DNA of 64,000 bases from Eledone cirrhosa (taxonomy: Eukaryota), in assembly GCA_964016885.1 (NCBI GenBank), contig OZ024763.1, positions 310,001 to 374,000 on the forward strand. The letters run 5' to 3'. The notes beneath the pieces are model-generated. The model saw only the letters and a list, made by a program, of their open reading frames with translations. It was not told the DNA's origin and made no database searches. Position 1 is the stretch's first letter. The number at the start of each line of letters is the position of its first letter. Shown here piece by piece: positions 39,730-52,360 of the stretch. Position numbers and translations under genes: made by a program.

Positions 39730-41283
39730 TCATCATCATCATCATCATCACCGTTTTACGTCCGTTCTTCCACGCTAGCATGGGTTAGACGGGTTGTCCT
39801 GTTGTGGGCAGTGTCTGGTCGGCTGACCATGCCTTGCTCATACAGGAACTGATCTGGCTTGATTTCTACAGCTGGATGCCCTTCCTAACACCAACCTCAT
39901 TTACAGTGAGTGCTGGGTGCTTTTTCGTGGCGCCTACACGTCCACTTTACAGTGTGGGCTGGGTGCTTTTTTGCCGTGGCACCTCCACGACCACCTTGCG
40001 GTGGGGGGGGGGGGGGCATATTGTTTATATGCTTCAGCATGTACCCATGGGAGGTCGGGTACCCTGTATTACTGCGTGACGCCAGAAGTCACGGTCGTGT
40101 GTCATTGACTTTGAGAGGTGTAGTTGGGTAAGGTCGGCTTTTATCACCTCATCCCAAGTCATCTTGGGTCTCCCCACTCCGCGGTTTCCATCAACTTCTA
40201 GTGCTCTGCACCTTTTTATGCAGCTGTCATCCTTCATACGCATCACATGTCCATACCAGCGTAACCGCCTCTCCTGCACGCAGCATTTGATTCCTCTTAT
40301 GCTCAGTCTCTCTCTCAATTCATTTATGCTTTGTCGTTCACGTATATTACTGTTACACATCCATCGGAGCATGCAGGCTTCGTTTCTCTCTAATCTACGT
40401 AAGTCTTCCACCTTCAGCGCCCAGGTCTCACTACCATGCAACATCGCTGTTCGGATACACGCATCATACAGTCTGCCTTTCATTCTGAGGGAGAAGCCTT
40501 TTGCAGCTAGCAGTGGTAGTAGTTCCCTAAACTTCTTCCATCCCGTTCTTACCCTAGTTATTGTACTTTCTGAGCACCCACCTCCGTTGCTAATTCGGTC
40601 ACCTAGGTAGCAGAAGCTGTCTACTGTTTCTACAGGGCCCTCCCAGAGATTGGTGGTACTTGTTTCCTGTGGCTGTTTGCTTGCTGTTTCAGCACAGCTG
40701 CTGCATGTGAATCCTACATTCTTAATTAAGCTTCCTGAGATCCCGCTACATCTCTTGTGTACCCATTGTTTGCATTTGGGGCAAAGAATGGAGTTCCTAC
40801 CTACACCTTTCCTACATACTGAGCAAGGCCATTTCCCTGAGGGGATCTGGGTTCTGTTTTCTCGTCTACTTATAAGGACCTTAGTCTTTGTCATGTTGAC
40901 TTTGAGGCCCTTTCTCTCTAGTCCCTGCTTCCAGGTTTGGAATTTATTCTCTAGTTCTACCATAGATTCAGCTATGAGTGCGAGGTCATCAGCATACAGG
41001 AGTTCCCATGGGCATCCGGTCTTAAACTCCTCCGTTATTGCCTGCAGGACTATGATGAACAGGAGAGGGCTAAGAACAGAGCCCTGGTGGACCCCAACCT
41101 GTACGCTAAATTCCTCGCTATACTCATTGCCAATCCTAACTTTGCTGACTGCTCCCCTATACATGGCTTGTACCGCTTTCACAAGCCATTCATCTACTCC
41201 TAGTTTTCTAAGAGCCCACCAGATTACTGCACGTGGAACTCTGTCAAAGGCTTTCTCAAGGTCGACAAATGCCAAGTAGAGTG
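39730..41283 (-). mobile_element. 5'-truncated RTE-clade LINE (second subfamily)
   Basis: RT ORF plus 3' UTR and (GAT)n tail on minus. Confidence 0.93.
40034..41283 (-). CDS. RTE reverse transcriptase C-terminal part (about 415 aa, uninterrupted) with PHD-like finger
   Basis: [58 protein letters not shown]. Confidence 0.92.
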
Positions 41284-41292
41284 GTGTGTATG

Positions 41293-41373
<81 letters not shown>

Positions 41374-41387
41374 GTGTGTGTGTATGA

Positions 41388-41588
41388 GAGTCCCAGGTTC
41401 AATCGAGTGTAACCACAGCCAGTAAAGTACTCAATACATTAGTAGAGTGTAAACATCAAGTTTAATATATAAAAGGCTTCTACAGGACTAGAACTGTTTC
41501 ATTCCAAATAAATCAGCTTTCTTGATGATTTCTTTTGAATGAAACAGTTCTAGTCCTGTAGAAGCCTTTTCTATGTTAAACATGATAT
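41388..41588. mobile_element. Fold-back hammerhead element, family E
   Basis: Arms 41455-41505 and 41535-41587; plus arm gctttc TTGATGA tttc-tttt-gaat GAAA cag-ttctagtc-ctg TA gaagc; ACTC..GAGTACT tail on minus. Confidence 0.65.
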
Positions 41589-41730
41589 CAGGGAAAAGCG
41601 GATGTAAAATGATGATGATGATGATGTGTGTATGTGTGCGTGTGTGTGAGTAGTATATATATCCGTAGGTGTGTAAAAGGAAAATAGTGCTTAATCTGGT
41701 ATGAGAGCTGATGTATATATATACACACAC

Positions 41731-41763
<33 letters not shown>

Positions 41764-41771
41764 TATATATA

Positions 41772-42656
41772 CACGGTGCGGACGATATTTGTTCGCAAGA
41801 TTACTGTCTAGGAAAAAATAACACAGTAGTTTTATTTTTTAAGATATATTTATCAAACTTGGGTCAGTTTGTCTTCATGACTTGTTCTTTCAATCTCACT
41901 CGATAAACCCGCCATTGGCTTTGATGACGGCCTCAAGGATGCCTCGGAACCGGCTACAAGCCTTCGTCACTGTCCCCCGACTTAGGCCCCTAAAGGCACT
42001 TGTGATCCTGGCCTTCAGATCGTCTTTCGTATTGCAGCTAGATCTGTTGGTGTCTCATTCCACTGCGCCCCACACAAAGAAGTCGAGGGGGTTGCAGTCA
42101 AGGGAGCTGGGAGGCCAGATGTTAGGTGAAGTGTGGTCGACGAAATTCTCTGACAGCCAGGCTTGGGTCTTTGAGCTGGTATGGCAGGGCACTGAGTCTT
42201 GTTGCCACATGTACGGCCTACCTGGTCGATCCAGGGCTTTACTACCTCACTCAGAACGCGGATGTAACCATCGGTGTTCAGCTTGAGGCCCTCAGGGAAG
42301 AAAGGAGGTGGCATGACGTCACCTTGACTGTTGACGACACCTAAGACCAATGTTGTCGCTGGAAACTTTGTCTGCATGACTCTGGGCACGTCTTTGGATG
42401 AGACAGCGAGCCACCTGTTGTTCTGGGAGTTGATCTTCTGGTCTTATTTGTCCTCCCGGCATGGATTCCAAGAAGAACTCCGTGTCTCTTCCACAAATTT
42501 GGAGGTTCAAAATTATTCATAATCAATTATTCTGAAAATAAATAATGGAAATATAATAGTCACTGTTTTTATGAAGACAAGAGTGACAATGGAAGTAAAA
42601 AAAATTTGCATAAAATTAGCAATTGAAAATTGCGAACTAATATCGTTCACACCCTG
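41772..42656 (-). mobile_element. DD37D (maT-type) Tc1/mariner transposon, deleted and frameshifted
   Basis: TA flanks; 27-bp imperfect TIRs CA(C/G)GGTG..ACGATATT.GTTCGCAA; WQQDSVPCH...WPPSSLDCNPLDFFVWG with 37 aa between the second and third D. Confidence 0.85.
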
Positions 42657-42658
42657 TA

Positions 42659-42700
42659 TACTAGCAGTGTATCCCGGCGTTGCACGGGTAAGAACATTGG
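42659..42700. mobile_element. Helentron/DINE-like terminus
   Basis: ACTAGCAGTGTATCCCGGCGTTGCACGGG subterminal hairpin motif recognised from memory. Confidence 0.5.
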
Positions 42701-42757
42701 TGATAGCACCTCCAATGAGAAACGTTTATTTGTGAGTGCCAGTTAAAAACTCACGAA

Positions 42758-42950
42758 CTGGACATGCTCACCGACATCCAGAGTTGACACTGCACTCAGT
42801 GCTCCTGTGAGACCCCCTGCATGGACTGGAAGAGGAAGACTGAAGTTAACGTATGTTGATGCCCTAAGGACAGACACTGGTCTTTTGGAGACGCAGGACA
42901 CGGCAGCAATAATGAGGGACAGAGACCGCTGGAGAGAACTCGTCCATGGA
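42758..42950 (+). mobile_element. RTE-X-like LINE 3' fragment (decayed)
   Basis: Homologous to 30884-31080. Confidence 0.75.
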
Positions 42951-43203
42951 TAAAATTATATATAATATGTATCTTGGATCGCGTAATACTCAGTCAAGCA
43001 AAACACGAGGCTCAGTCTGTGTGTGTGTATATGTGTGTGTGTATATATATATATATATCTCCACACACTCACACACATATATATATATATGTGTGTGTAT
43101 ATATATATATCCACACACATATATATATATATATATATACTTATATATATATATGTATACAATGATATTAAATAAATGGAAACTATATTTATAAAACCAT
43201 ATT

Positions 43204-43264
43204 TATTCTATTATATATATTTCAAGGGTACCAAAACTTTGGTACGTTCTCATCAGATAAAATA
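43204..43264 (-). ncRNA. Minimal type I hammerhead ribozyme in a family A2-like fold-back (43157-43410)
   Basis: TATTTTAT CTGATGA gaacgtaccaaa..tttggtaccctt GAAA tatata TA ATAGAATA on minus. Confidence 0.75.
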
Positions 43265-43456
43265 CAAAATGTTTTATAAATAATTTACATGACCAAGGAT
43301 AATACCTTAATGGTTCGAGTTATCCATGGAAAATCAAGTTATCCCTGAAATTTTCCAGGGATAGCTTTGGTCATGTCAATATAGTTTCCATTTATCTAAT
43401 ATCATTGTATACATATATATATATATATGTATATATATGTATGTGTGTGTGTGGAT

Positions 43457-43992
<536 letters not shown>

Positions 43993-44074
43993 GTATATGT
44001 ATATATATATATCCCCATCCCTGAAACTTTCCAGAGATAGCTTTGGTCATGTCAAATATTTATAAACCATTTTG

Positions 44075-44136
44075 TATTTTATCTGATGATAGTGTATCAA
44101 AATTTTTGGTACCTTTGAAATATATATAATAGAATA
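44075..44136 (+). ncRNA. Minimal type I hammerhead ribozyme in a tailed family A2-like arm (44013-44257)
   Basis: TATTTTAT CTGATGA tagtgtatcaaaa..ttttggtaccttt GAAA TATATA TA ATAGAATA. Confidence 0.7.
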
Positions 44137-44269
44137 AATATAGTTTCCATTTATTTAATATCATTGAATACTGACTCCAGAAATCTGTCGAGTGCTCTGA
44201 ATCAGTTATAAACATCTATATTTGTTGGATTTCCAACAAATTAAATATCTCTTCTACATATATATATGT

Positions 44270-44510
44270 ATAGTAATAATAATAAAAGTGAAGACTAAAA
44301 TCCAAAGAGGGCTCGATAAGGAAAATATATATCAAATATATAAGAGCCGTAGAGCAAATATTTATTAAAATAACAGATTAAAGTTTCGCTGCTTTCACCC
44401 TTAACGGGATCTTCTGAAACTCAGTTTCAGAAACTGAGTTTCAGAAGATCCCGTTAAGGGTGAAAGCAGCGATTCTTTGCTTAAACTTTAATCTGTTATT
44501 TTAATAAATA
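44270..44510. mobile_element. Family D fold-back element
   Basis: Tail plus arm on minus (44270-44425), inverted arm 44435-44510 with CAGAAGA..GAAA fold. Confidence 0.75.
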
Positions 44511-44522
44511 TATGTGTGTATA

Positions 44523-44587
<65 letters not shown>

Positions 44588-44675
44588 TTGTATATGTATA
44601 TATATGTGTGTGTGTATGTATGTATGTATGTATGTATGTGTATGTATGTATGTATATATGTATATATGTATGTAT

Positions 44676-45280
44676 GTCACCAGTTGGTGCTACTGGTAAC
44701 ATGTATCCCAGTACAACCTGTCTCATGGTCGGGTCGTTGGCGATTAAACTGGCAACCCCACCAAGGTTTCTTGGTGAGGAGGGTGACTTTGGACATCCTG
44801 CAGGACTAAAAACAAAACCTGTCAAAAGGCAAAGGGGCTCTTAAGAGTCAATAGCCATCCAAAATCACCGGGAGAGATGACCCCTTAGCCTTTGTCAAGG
44901 CAGGATTCTAGGAGAAGGAAAACTCTGATATAACACCTGCAACCCTGATGGTATCCAATGATGTTGACTTGTTCTTCTTTTTGGTAAATATCATCTTGGT
45001 TAAGAAAGTGGGACTGGCTTTGTGCAGTGCCTTTGCTCACTATAAAAGCTTCACGGCACAGGCATTGCTTTATATCTGGAGATCTCTCTGCACTTGTCGT
45101 CACATGGTATCATGGACCCAGCACTGTGTGTCAATAATTGTCACAAGTGTAGTGTTTGTACCAGAGTTTTCAAGTCGCTGGCTGGACTAAAAAGCCACAC
45201 TCGTTCAGCGCATCGGTAGGGGTTCTCCTACATGGATATAAAGTAGTGGTTGTACTGGAAAACGAGTTGGCAGCCACCAT
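44676..45280 (+). mobile_element. Bipartite non-autonomous RTE derivative
   Basis: RTE 5'-UTR-type motif CTAGGAGAAGGAAAACTCTGA; 3' part encodes C2H2 remnant CSVCTRVFKSLAGLKSHTRSAH* (45139-45219); ends GGCAGCCACCAT before a microsatellite. Confidence 0.75.
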
Positions 45281-45281
45281 G

Positions 45282-45314
<33 letters not shown>

Positions 45315-45315
45315 T

Positions 45316-45348
<33 letters not shown>

Positions 45349-45734
45349 ATATATATATACAAAGTATGATATGGTTCTGTATTTCCTGATGGAACTTTGT
45401 GGCTTCAACCAATTTCCTCAGAGATAATAAAAATAAAAAATTTTATCCAGATTCTCTGAGTTAACCTGGAAAGTGAATAAAACTGATATGGGGGGGGGGG
45501 GATATAATGACTGTGAGGAAGAAGTGTAGGTGTCGATACATAATGGCTGTGGGGAAGGGGGGAGGATATATAAAGGCCGTGAGGGAGGGAAGTGGTGGGT
45601 GGTGGAATAATGTGTGTTTATTTTTAAATTGATTGTTGCTTTGTCAATAAAGTCACTGATTTTACAGTCGTTGACACCGTCATGTGTAGGTGTGTGTGAG
45701 AGATCGTGTGGGTCAATGTGTGTCGTCGTCGACA

Positions 45735-47300
45735 TCATCATCATCATCATCATCATCGTATAACGTCCATCTTCCATGCTAGCATGGGTTAGAAGGGAGT
45801 TGTCCCAATTGAGGCAAGATTGGTCGGGTGACCGTGTCTCGCTCATATAGGACTATCTGGCAGGTTTTCTACGGATGGATGCCCTTCCTAACACCAACCA
45901 CATTTACAGTGTGGACTGGGAGCTTTTTACCATGTCTCCTACATGACCACATTACAGTGTGGACTGGGAGCTTTTTACCATGTCTCCTACATGACCACAT
46001 TACAGTATGGACTGGGAGCTTTTTACCATGTCTCCTACATGACCACATTACAGTGTGGACTGGGAGCTTTTTACCGTGTCTCCTACATGATCACATTACA
46101 GTGTGGACTGGGAGCTTTTTACTGTGTCTCCTACATGACCACATTACAGTGTGGACTGGGAGCTTTTTACCGTGTCTCCTACATGACCACATTACAGTGT
46201 GGACTGGGAGCTTTTTACCATGTCTCCTACATGATCACATTACAGTGCGGACTGGGAGCTTTTTACTGTGTCTCCTACATGACCACATTACAGTGTGGAC
46301 TGGGAGCTTTTTACCGTGTCTCCTACATGACCACATTATAGTGTGGACTGGGAGCTTTTTACCGTGTCTCCTACATGACCACATTACAGTGTGGACTGGG
46401 AGCTTTTTAGCATGTCTCCTACATGACCACATTACAATGTGGACTGGGAGCTTTTTAGCATGTCTCCTACATGACCACATTACAGTGTGGACTGGGAGCT
46501 TTTTACCGTGTCTCCTACATGACCACATTACAGTGTGGACTGGGAGCTTTTTGCCGTGTCTCCTACATGACCACATTACAGTGTGGACTGGGAGCTTTTT
46601 ACCATGTCTCCTACATGACCACATTACAGTGTGGACTGGGAGCTTTTTACCATGTCTCCTACATGACCACATTACAGTGTGGACTGGGAGCTTTTTACCA
46701 TGTCTCCTACATGACCACATTACAGTGTGGAATGGGAGCTTTTTACCATGTCTCCTACATGACCACATTACAGTGTGGACTGGGAGCTTTTTACCGTGTC
46801 TCCTACATGACCACATTACAGTGTGGACTGGGAGCTTTTTACCATGTCTCCTACATGACCACATTACAGTGTGGACTGGGAGCTTTTTACCATGTCGCCT
46901 ACATGACCACATTACAGTGTGGACTGGGAGCTTTTTACCATATCTCCTACATGACCACATTACAGTGTGGACTGGGAGCTTTTTACCATGTCTCCTACAT
47001 GACCACATTACAGTGTGGACTGGGAGCTTTTTACCGTGTCTCCTACATGACCACATTACAGTGTGGACTGGGAGCTTTTTGCCGTGTCTCCTACATGACC
47101 ACATTACAGTGTGGAATGGGAGCTTTTTTCCATGTCTCCTACATGACCACATTACAGTGTGGACTGGGAGCTTTTTACCGTGTCTCCTACATGACCACAT
47201 TACAGTGTGGACTGGGAGCTTTTTACCATGTCTCCTACATGACCACATTACAGTGTGGACTGGGAGCTTTTTACCGTGTCTCCTACATGACCACATTACA
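45735..47300 (-). mobile_element. RTE 3' UTR fragment with an internally amplified 48-bp unit
   Basis: 45735-45950 is the reverse complement of the 7870-8088-type UTR. Confidence 0.8.
45900..47300. repeat. 48-bp minisatellite (CATTACAGTGTGGACTGGGAGCTTTTTACCRTGTCTCCTACATGACCA), about 29 units
   Basis: Unit counted; 16-aa ORF periodicity. Confidence 0.97.
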
Positions 47301-47337
47301 TATGAACTGTTTGTTTTTTTTGTTTTTTGTGTGTCTG

Positions 47338-47700
47338 TCAGATCGTAAAGGGACGTAACTCTATGCTGCAAAGCATGGAATCCGATCCTCTACCGATACT
47401 GCCATTCCGCCTCTGATTGAGGCACAAGGGCAGCAATTTGAAGTGAAGATGAGGAATTTTGATTAAAGCAACCCCAGTGTGTTACTGGTATTTTATTTTA
47501 TCGACCTCGTAAGGAGGAGGATGGTGATGATGATGGTGTTAGTTGCAGTAGTCATGATGTAGGCATAAGCCCAACAATTTTGGGGGTGTAAAGGGGGGAA
47601 TGTTGATTATATATGACCCCAGTGCATTGCTGGTTCTTTATTTTATTGACCCTTTAAGGATGAAAGGCAAAGCTAACCTTAGCGAGATTTGAACTCAGAA
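47338..47700 (-). mobile_element. Fragmented S3-type SINEs
   Basis: S3 head at 47338-47412 and central domains at 47480-47515 and 47620-47700. Confidence 0.6.
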
Positions 47701-47702
47701 CC

Positions 47703-47841
47703 AATGTTAAGGTGTATTGTTCTCAAAATAAATAATATCAAACTCTTATAGATTTGATATTATGTGAGGTAAGGGCTTTATAATATAAAGCCGTGAAAAT
47801 ATAATAGTATATCTACAGTAATGTAAATACTAAAGGGTTAA
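47703..47841. mobile_element. Right half of the piggyBac-like MITE
   Basis: Homologous to 363-502; ends CTAAAGGG TTAA. Confidence 0.7.
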
Positions 47842-48214
47842 CAAAGTTATTAAACCTGATTCTATGAACCAAAATTGTTTGTTTTCAAGTGTTTACATTC
47901 ATCTAAAAAAATTCCATAATTTTATGTTAAGAGCCTTTGTGTTAAATTCTATTCCAAACCCCACATTAAAGCTTTTAATACCAACCCTGGTTCTATAATA
48001 AAAAACTGTTTGTCTTCAAGTGTTTATATTTACCTAAAAACATTCAATAATTTTATGTTAAAAGGGTTTTGTTAAATGTGGTTCTTTGAAGGTATAATCT
48101 TTCTTATTCATGTACGTATGTATGCATGGATGTTGTTGTTGTGACAGCTCACTCCTATGCAGGTTTAGCTGGTCTCCTCCAAGGTATATCTCGTTGGAGG
48201 TGTCTTGGGTGATT

Positions 48215-48382
48215 TAATGATAGGGACCCCAGTCCTATCATCTCATTTCTACAGCTGAGTGAACTGGAGCAATGTGAAATAAAGTGTCTTGCTCAAGGAA
48301 ACAACACATCACCCGGTCCGAGAATTGACCTCACAACCTTTCGATCGCAAGCCCAATGCTCTAACCACTAAGCCATGCGCCT
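48215..48382 (-). mobile_element. SINE family S1 5' half
   Basis: tRNA-like head and CORE-like block. Confidence 0.75.
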
Positions 48383-48387
48383 GCACA

Positions 48388-49240
48388 TGTATGTATACAC
48401 GTATGTATGTATACGCATATGTATGTATACGCATATGTATGTATACGCATATGTATGTATGCGCGTATGTATGTATACGTGTATGTATACGCGCATGTAT
48501 GTATACGCGTATGTATGTATACGCGTATGTATGTATACGCGTATGTATGTATACGCGTATGTATGTATATGCGTATGTATGTATACGTGTATGTATACGT
48601 GTATGTATGTATACGCGTATGTATGTATACGTGTATGTATGTATACGCGTTTGTATGTATACGCGTATGTATGTATACGCGTATGTATGTATACGCGTAT
48701 GTATGTATACGTGTATGTATACGTGTATGAATGTATACGCGTATGTATGTATACGCGCATGTATGTATACGTGTATGTATACGTGTATGTATACGTGTAT
48801 GTATGTATACGTGTATGAATGTATACGCGTATGTATGTATACGTGTATGTATGTATACGCGTTTGTATGTATACGCGTATGTATGTATACGCGTATGTAT
48901 GTATACGTGTATGTATGTATACGCGTATGTATGTATACGCGTATGTATGTATACGCGTTTGTATGTATACGCGTATGTATGTATACGCGTATGTATGTAT
49001 ACGCGTATGTATGTATACGCGTATGTATGTATACGCGTATGTATGTATACGCGTATGTATGTATACGCATATGTATGTATACGCGTATGTATGTATACGT
49101 GTATGTATACGTGTATGTATGTATACGTGTATGTATGTATACGCGTAGGTATGTATACGCGTAGGTATGTATACGCGTATGTATGTATGCGTGTATGTAT
49201 ACACATATGTATGTATACGCGTATGTATATATACGTGTAA
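48388..49240. repeat. 16-bp minisatellite GTATGTATGTATACGC
   Basis: Direct inspection. Confidence 0.93.
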
Positions 49241-49477
49241 GTATATATGTATGCTTCTCTTTCTCTTAATTTCGAGTACATTTTTGACCGGCCATCTTCC
49301 TGGTGGCAAGGTTGTAAAATAAAAGAAATTGTCATCCCTTGAATTGCAAGCATGTTTTGCAAATTTTGTAGATCCCAGCTATTGCAGCCATTTGTAGTCT
49401 ATGAATTAGGGAGCTGCGCTCTTTGTTTACAAATCCAAGTTCAGTTATACATATGTATGTTTGTATGTATGTATGTA

Positions 49478-49912
49478 TGGGCGGAAGAACTCATAAGAGT
49501 CAACGGCCATCCAAAAATGTGTAAATATGTATATACACATGTAGATATGTATGTATATGCGCGAGGATATAGAAATAGTCGGGCTGGATACCCGATCGCG
49601 CGGTTAAACCACTGGGAGTGAAGAACCCCTAGCCTTTGTCAGGGCATTCTTCTAGGAGAAGGCAACTCAGAAAACAGGGATAACTCCGACATAAAACATG
49701 TAACTCAGTAGTTACTGCTGATGTTGATCTTTTCTTCTTTTCGGGTTATAGCTACTGTCCCTCAGAGAGTGGGATTGGCTCAGTGCACAGTCTTTCTTCA
49801 CTTTAAAAAATATCTTCACACACAGGCATTGCACGATAGAATTAATTAATAATTATTAATAATGGTATATCGTGCAATGGCTATACTCGATAACGAGGGG
49901 GCAGCCATCATG
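49478..49912 (+). mobile_element. Related non-autonomous RTE derivative (second family)
   Basis: Shares AAGAGTCAA.GGCCATCCAAAA, CCCCTAGCCTTTGTCA and CTAGGAGAAGG with 44840-44930; ends GGGGGCAGCCATCAT(GTAT)n. Confidence 0.65.
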
Positions 49913-49919
49913 TATGTAT

Positions 49920-50180
49920 GTATGGACTCGAAAGTCATCTTCGCAGTCATAAAGTAAGACCAGCGGTTGACTACCAGGCTGCTGTTGGAGATGCTACTCA
50001 TCATGCTTGCCAAACATGTGGTAGAGAATGTAAATCAGCAGGAGGGCTCAAGCGACATGCAAAAGTACACGAACTCCAACCACAGCCGACTATTCCCAGT
50101 GAATGTTTTGGTTGCTGACTCTGTGCAAGACATTTTAGATCATTGGCTGGGCTAAAAAGCCACATTCGATCGCAGCACTG
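49920..50180 (+). pseudogene. Tandem C2H2 fingers from an RTE ORF C-terminus
   Basis: GLESHLRSH..CQTCGRECKSAGGLKRHAKVH..C*LCARHFRSLAGLKSHIRSQH with an in-frame stop; last finger homologous to 45139-45219. Confidence 0.65.
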
Positions 50181-50392
50181 TTAGTTGTTATCGTGTGTGT
50201 GTGTGTGTGTGTATAGATATGCTTATGTGCGTGCGTGTGTGTGTATATATATATATGAATATGTATATTATTATTGTTGTTGTCATTATTATTATTGCTA
50301 TTATTATTATTATTATTGTTATTAATGTATGTATGTGTGTGTATGTGTATGTATGTGTGTATGTATATATGTATATATGTATATTATGTCAT

Positions 50393-50996
50393 GTCACCAG
50401 TTGGTGCTACTGGTAACATGTATCCCAGTACAACCTGTTTCATGGTCGGGTCGTTGGCGACTAAACTGGCAACCCCACCAAGTTTTCTTGGTGAGGAGGG
50501 TGACTTTGGACATCCTGCAGGACTAAAAACAAAACCTGTCAAAGGGCAAAGGAGCTCTTAAGAGTCAATGGCCATCCAAAATCACCGGGAGAGATGACCC
50601 CTTAGCCTTTGTCAAGGCAGAATTCTAGGAGAAGGAAAACTCTGATATAACACCTGCAACCCTGATGGTATCCAATGATGTTGACTTGTTCTTCTTTTTG
50701 GTAAATATCATCTTGGTTAAGAGAGTGGGACTGGCTTTGTGCAGTGCCTTTGCTCACTATAAAAGCTTCATGACACAGGCATTGCTTTATATCTGGAGAT
50801 CTCTCTGCACTTGTCGTCACATGGTACCATGGGCCCAGCACTATGTGTCAATAATTGTCACAAGTGTAGTGTTTGTACCAGAGTTTTCAAGTCGCTGGCT
50901 GGACTCAAAAGTCACACTCGTTCAGCGTATCGGTAGGGGTTCTCCTACATGGATATAAAGTAGTGGCCGTACTCGAAAACGAGTTGGCAGCCACCA
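50393..50996 (+). mobile_element. Bipartite non-autonomous RTE derivative
   Basis: Near-identical to 44676-45280. Confidence 0.8.
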
Positions 50997-51160
50997 TATA
51001 TGTATATATATTTCTTTTTTTTTTTTTTATTTATTATTATTATTATTATTATTTTATTTTATTTTATTTTATTTATTTATTTTTTTTCTTCTTCTCGTGC
51101 AATGGCCATACTCGATAACGAGGGGGCAGCCATCATGTGTGTACATATGTATGTGTGATA

Positions 51161-51513
51161 TGCCTGCAACTCCAATGATCAGAGTATCCAATGATGTTGA
51201 CTTGTTCTTCTTTTTGGTAAATATCATCTTGGTTAAGAGAGTGGGACTGGCTTTGTGCAGTGCCTTTGCTCACTATAAAAGCTTCACGGCACAGGCATAG
51301 CTTTATATCTGGAGATCTCTCTGCACTTGTCGTCACATGGTACCATGGGTCCAGCACTATGGGTCAATAATTGTCACAAGTGTAGTGTTTGTACCAGAGT
51401 TTTCAAGTCGCTGGCTGGACTAAAAAGTCACATTCGTTCAGCGCATCGGTAGGGGTTCTCCTACATGGATATAAAGTAGTGGCCGTACTCGAAAACGAGT
51501 TGGCAGCCACCAT
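51161..51513 (+). mobile_element. 5'-truncated copy of the bipartite RTE derivative
   Basis: Matches 50650-50996. Confidence 0.8.
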
Positions 51514-51610
51514 GTATGTATGTATGTATGTATATATGTATGTATGTGTGTATGTATGTATGTATGTGTTATGTCAGGCTGCTCTTCGTATGTATGTATG
51601 TATGTGTTAT

Positions 51611-51778
51611 GTCAGGCTGCTCTTCAGCGCTGCTGGTATCATGTAACCTAACCCAGTACAACCTGTGCATGGTCGAGTCATTGGCGACTCACCTGGCAAC
51701 CCCACCTAGCTTGCTTAGTGAGGGGGGGGGGGGGATTTTGGACACCCTAGGAGAAGGTCAACACTGAGACTTGAGACT
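51611..51778 (+). mobile_element. Diverged 5' module of an RTE derivative
   Basis: CCCAGTACAACCTGT..ATGGTCG..TTGGCGACT..CTGGCAACCCCACC..CTAGGAGAAGG. Confidence 0.6.
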
Positions 51779-51789
51779 TTTTTTTGCAT

Positions 51790-51898
51790 CTGTCTGTCTG
51801 TCTGTCTGTCTGCCTCTCTGTCTGTCTGCCTGTCTATTTATTTGTCTCTCTCTCTATCTGTCTCTCTTTCTATCTCTCTGTCTGTCTCTCTGTCTGTC

Positions 51899-51939
<41 letters not shown>

Positions 51940-51974
51940 GTCTCTCTGACTATCTGTCTGTCTCTCTGTCTGTC

Positions 51975-52013
<39 letters not shown>

Positions 52014-52271
52014 GTCTCTCTGACTATCTGTCTGTCTCTCTGTCTGTCTCTCTGTCTGTCTCTCTGTCTGTCTGTCTCTCTGACTATCTGTCTGTCTCTC
52101 TCTCTGTCTCTCTGTCTGTCTGTCTCTCTGACTATCTGTCTGTCTGTCTCTCTGACTATCTGTCTGTCTCTCTGTCTGTCTGTCTGTCTCTCTGTCTGTC
52201 TGTCTCTCTCTCTCTCTCTGTCTGACTATCTGTCTGTCTGTCTATCTCTCCCTCTCTCTGTCTGACTATCT

Positions 52272-52330
<59 letters not shown>

Positions 52331-52345
52331 GTCTATCTCTCTGTC
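51790..52345. repeat. (TCTG)n/(TC)n microsatellite
   Basis: Direct inspection. Confidence 0.93.
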
Positions 52346-52360
52346 ATTATCTTTATTAAT

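Noticed and set aside
45828-47371. 506-aa and 378-aa repeat proteins
   Set aside because: Product of a 48-bp unit from a non-coding LINE UTR
47858-48080. Diverged direct duplication of about 130 bp
   Set aside because: Only two old copies with no further structure; not assignable
49918-50118. Host C2H2 zinc-finger gene exon
   Set aside because: No TGEKP linkers, an in-frame stop in the next finger, and homology to the 3' end of the RTE derivatives
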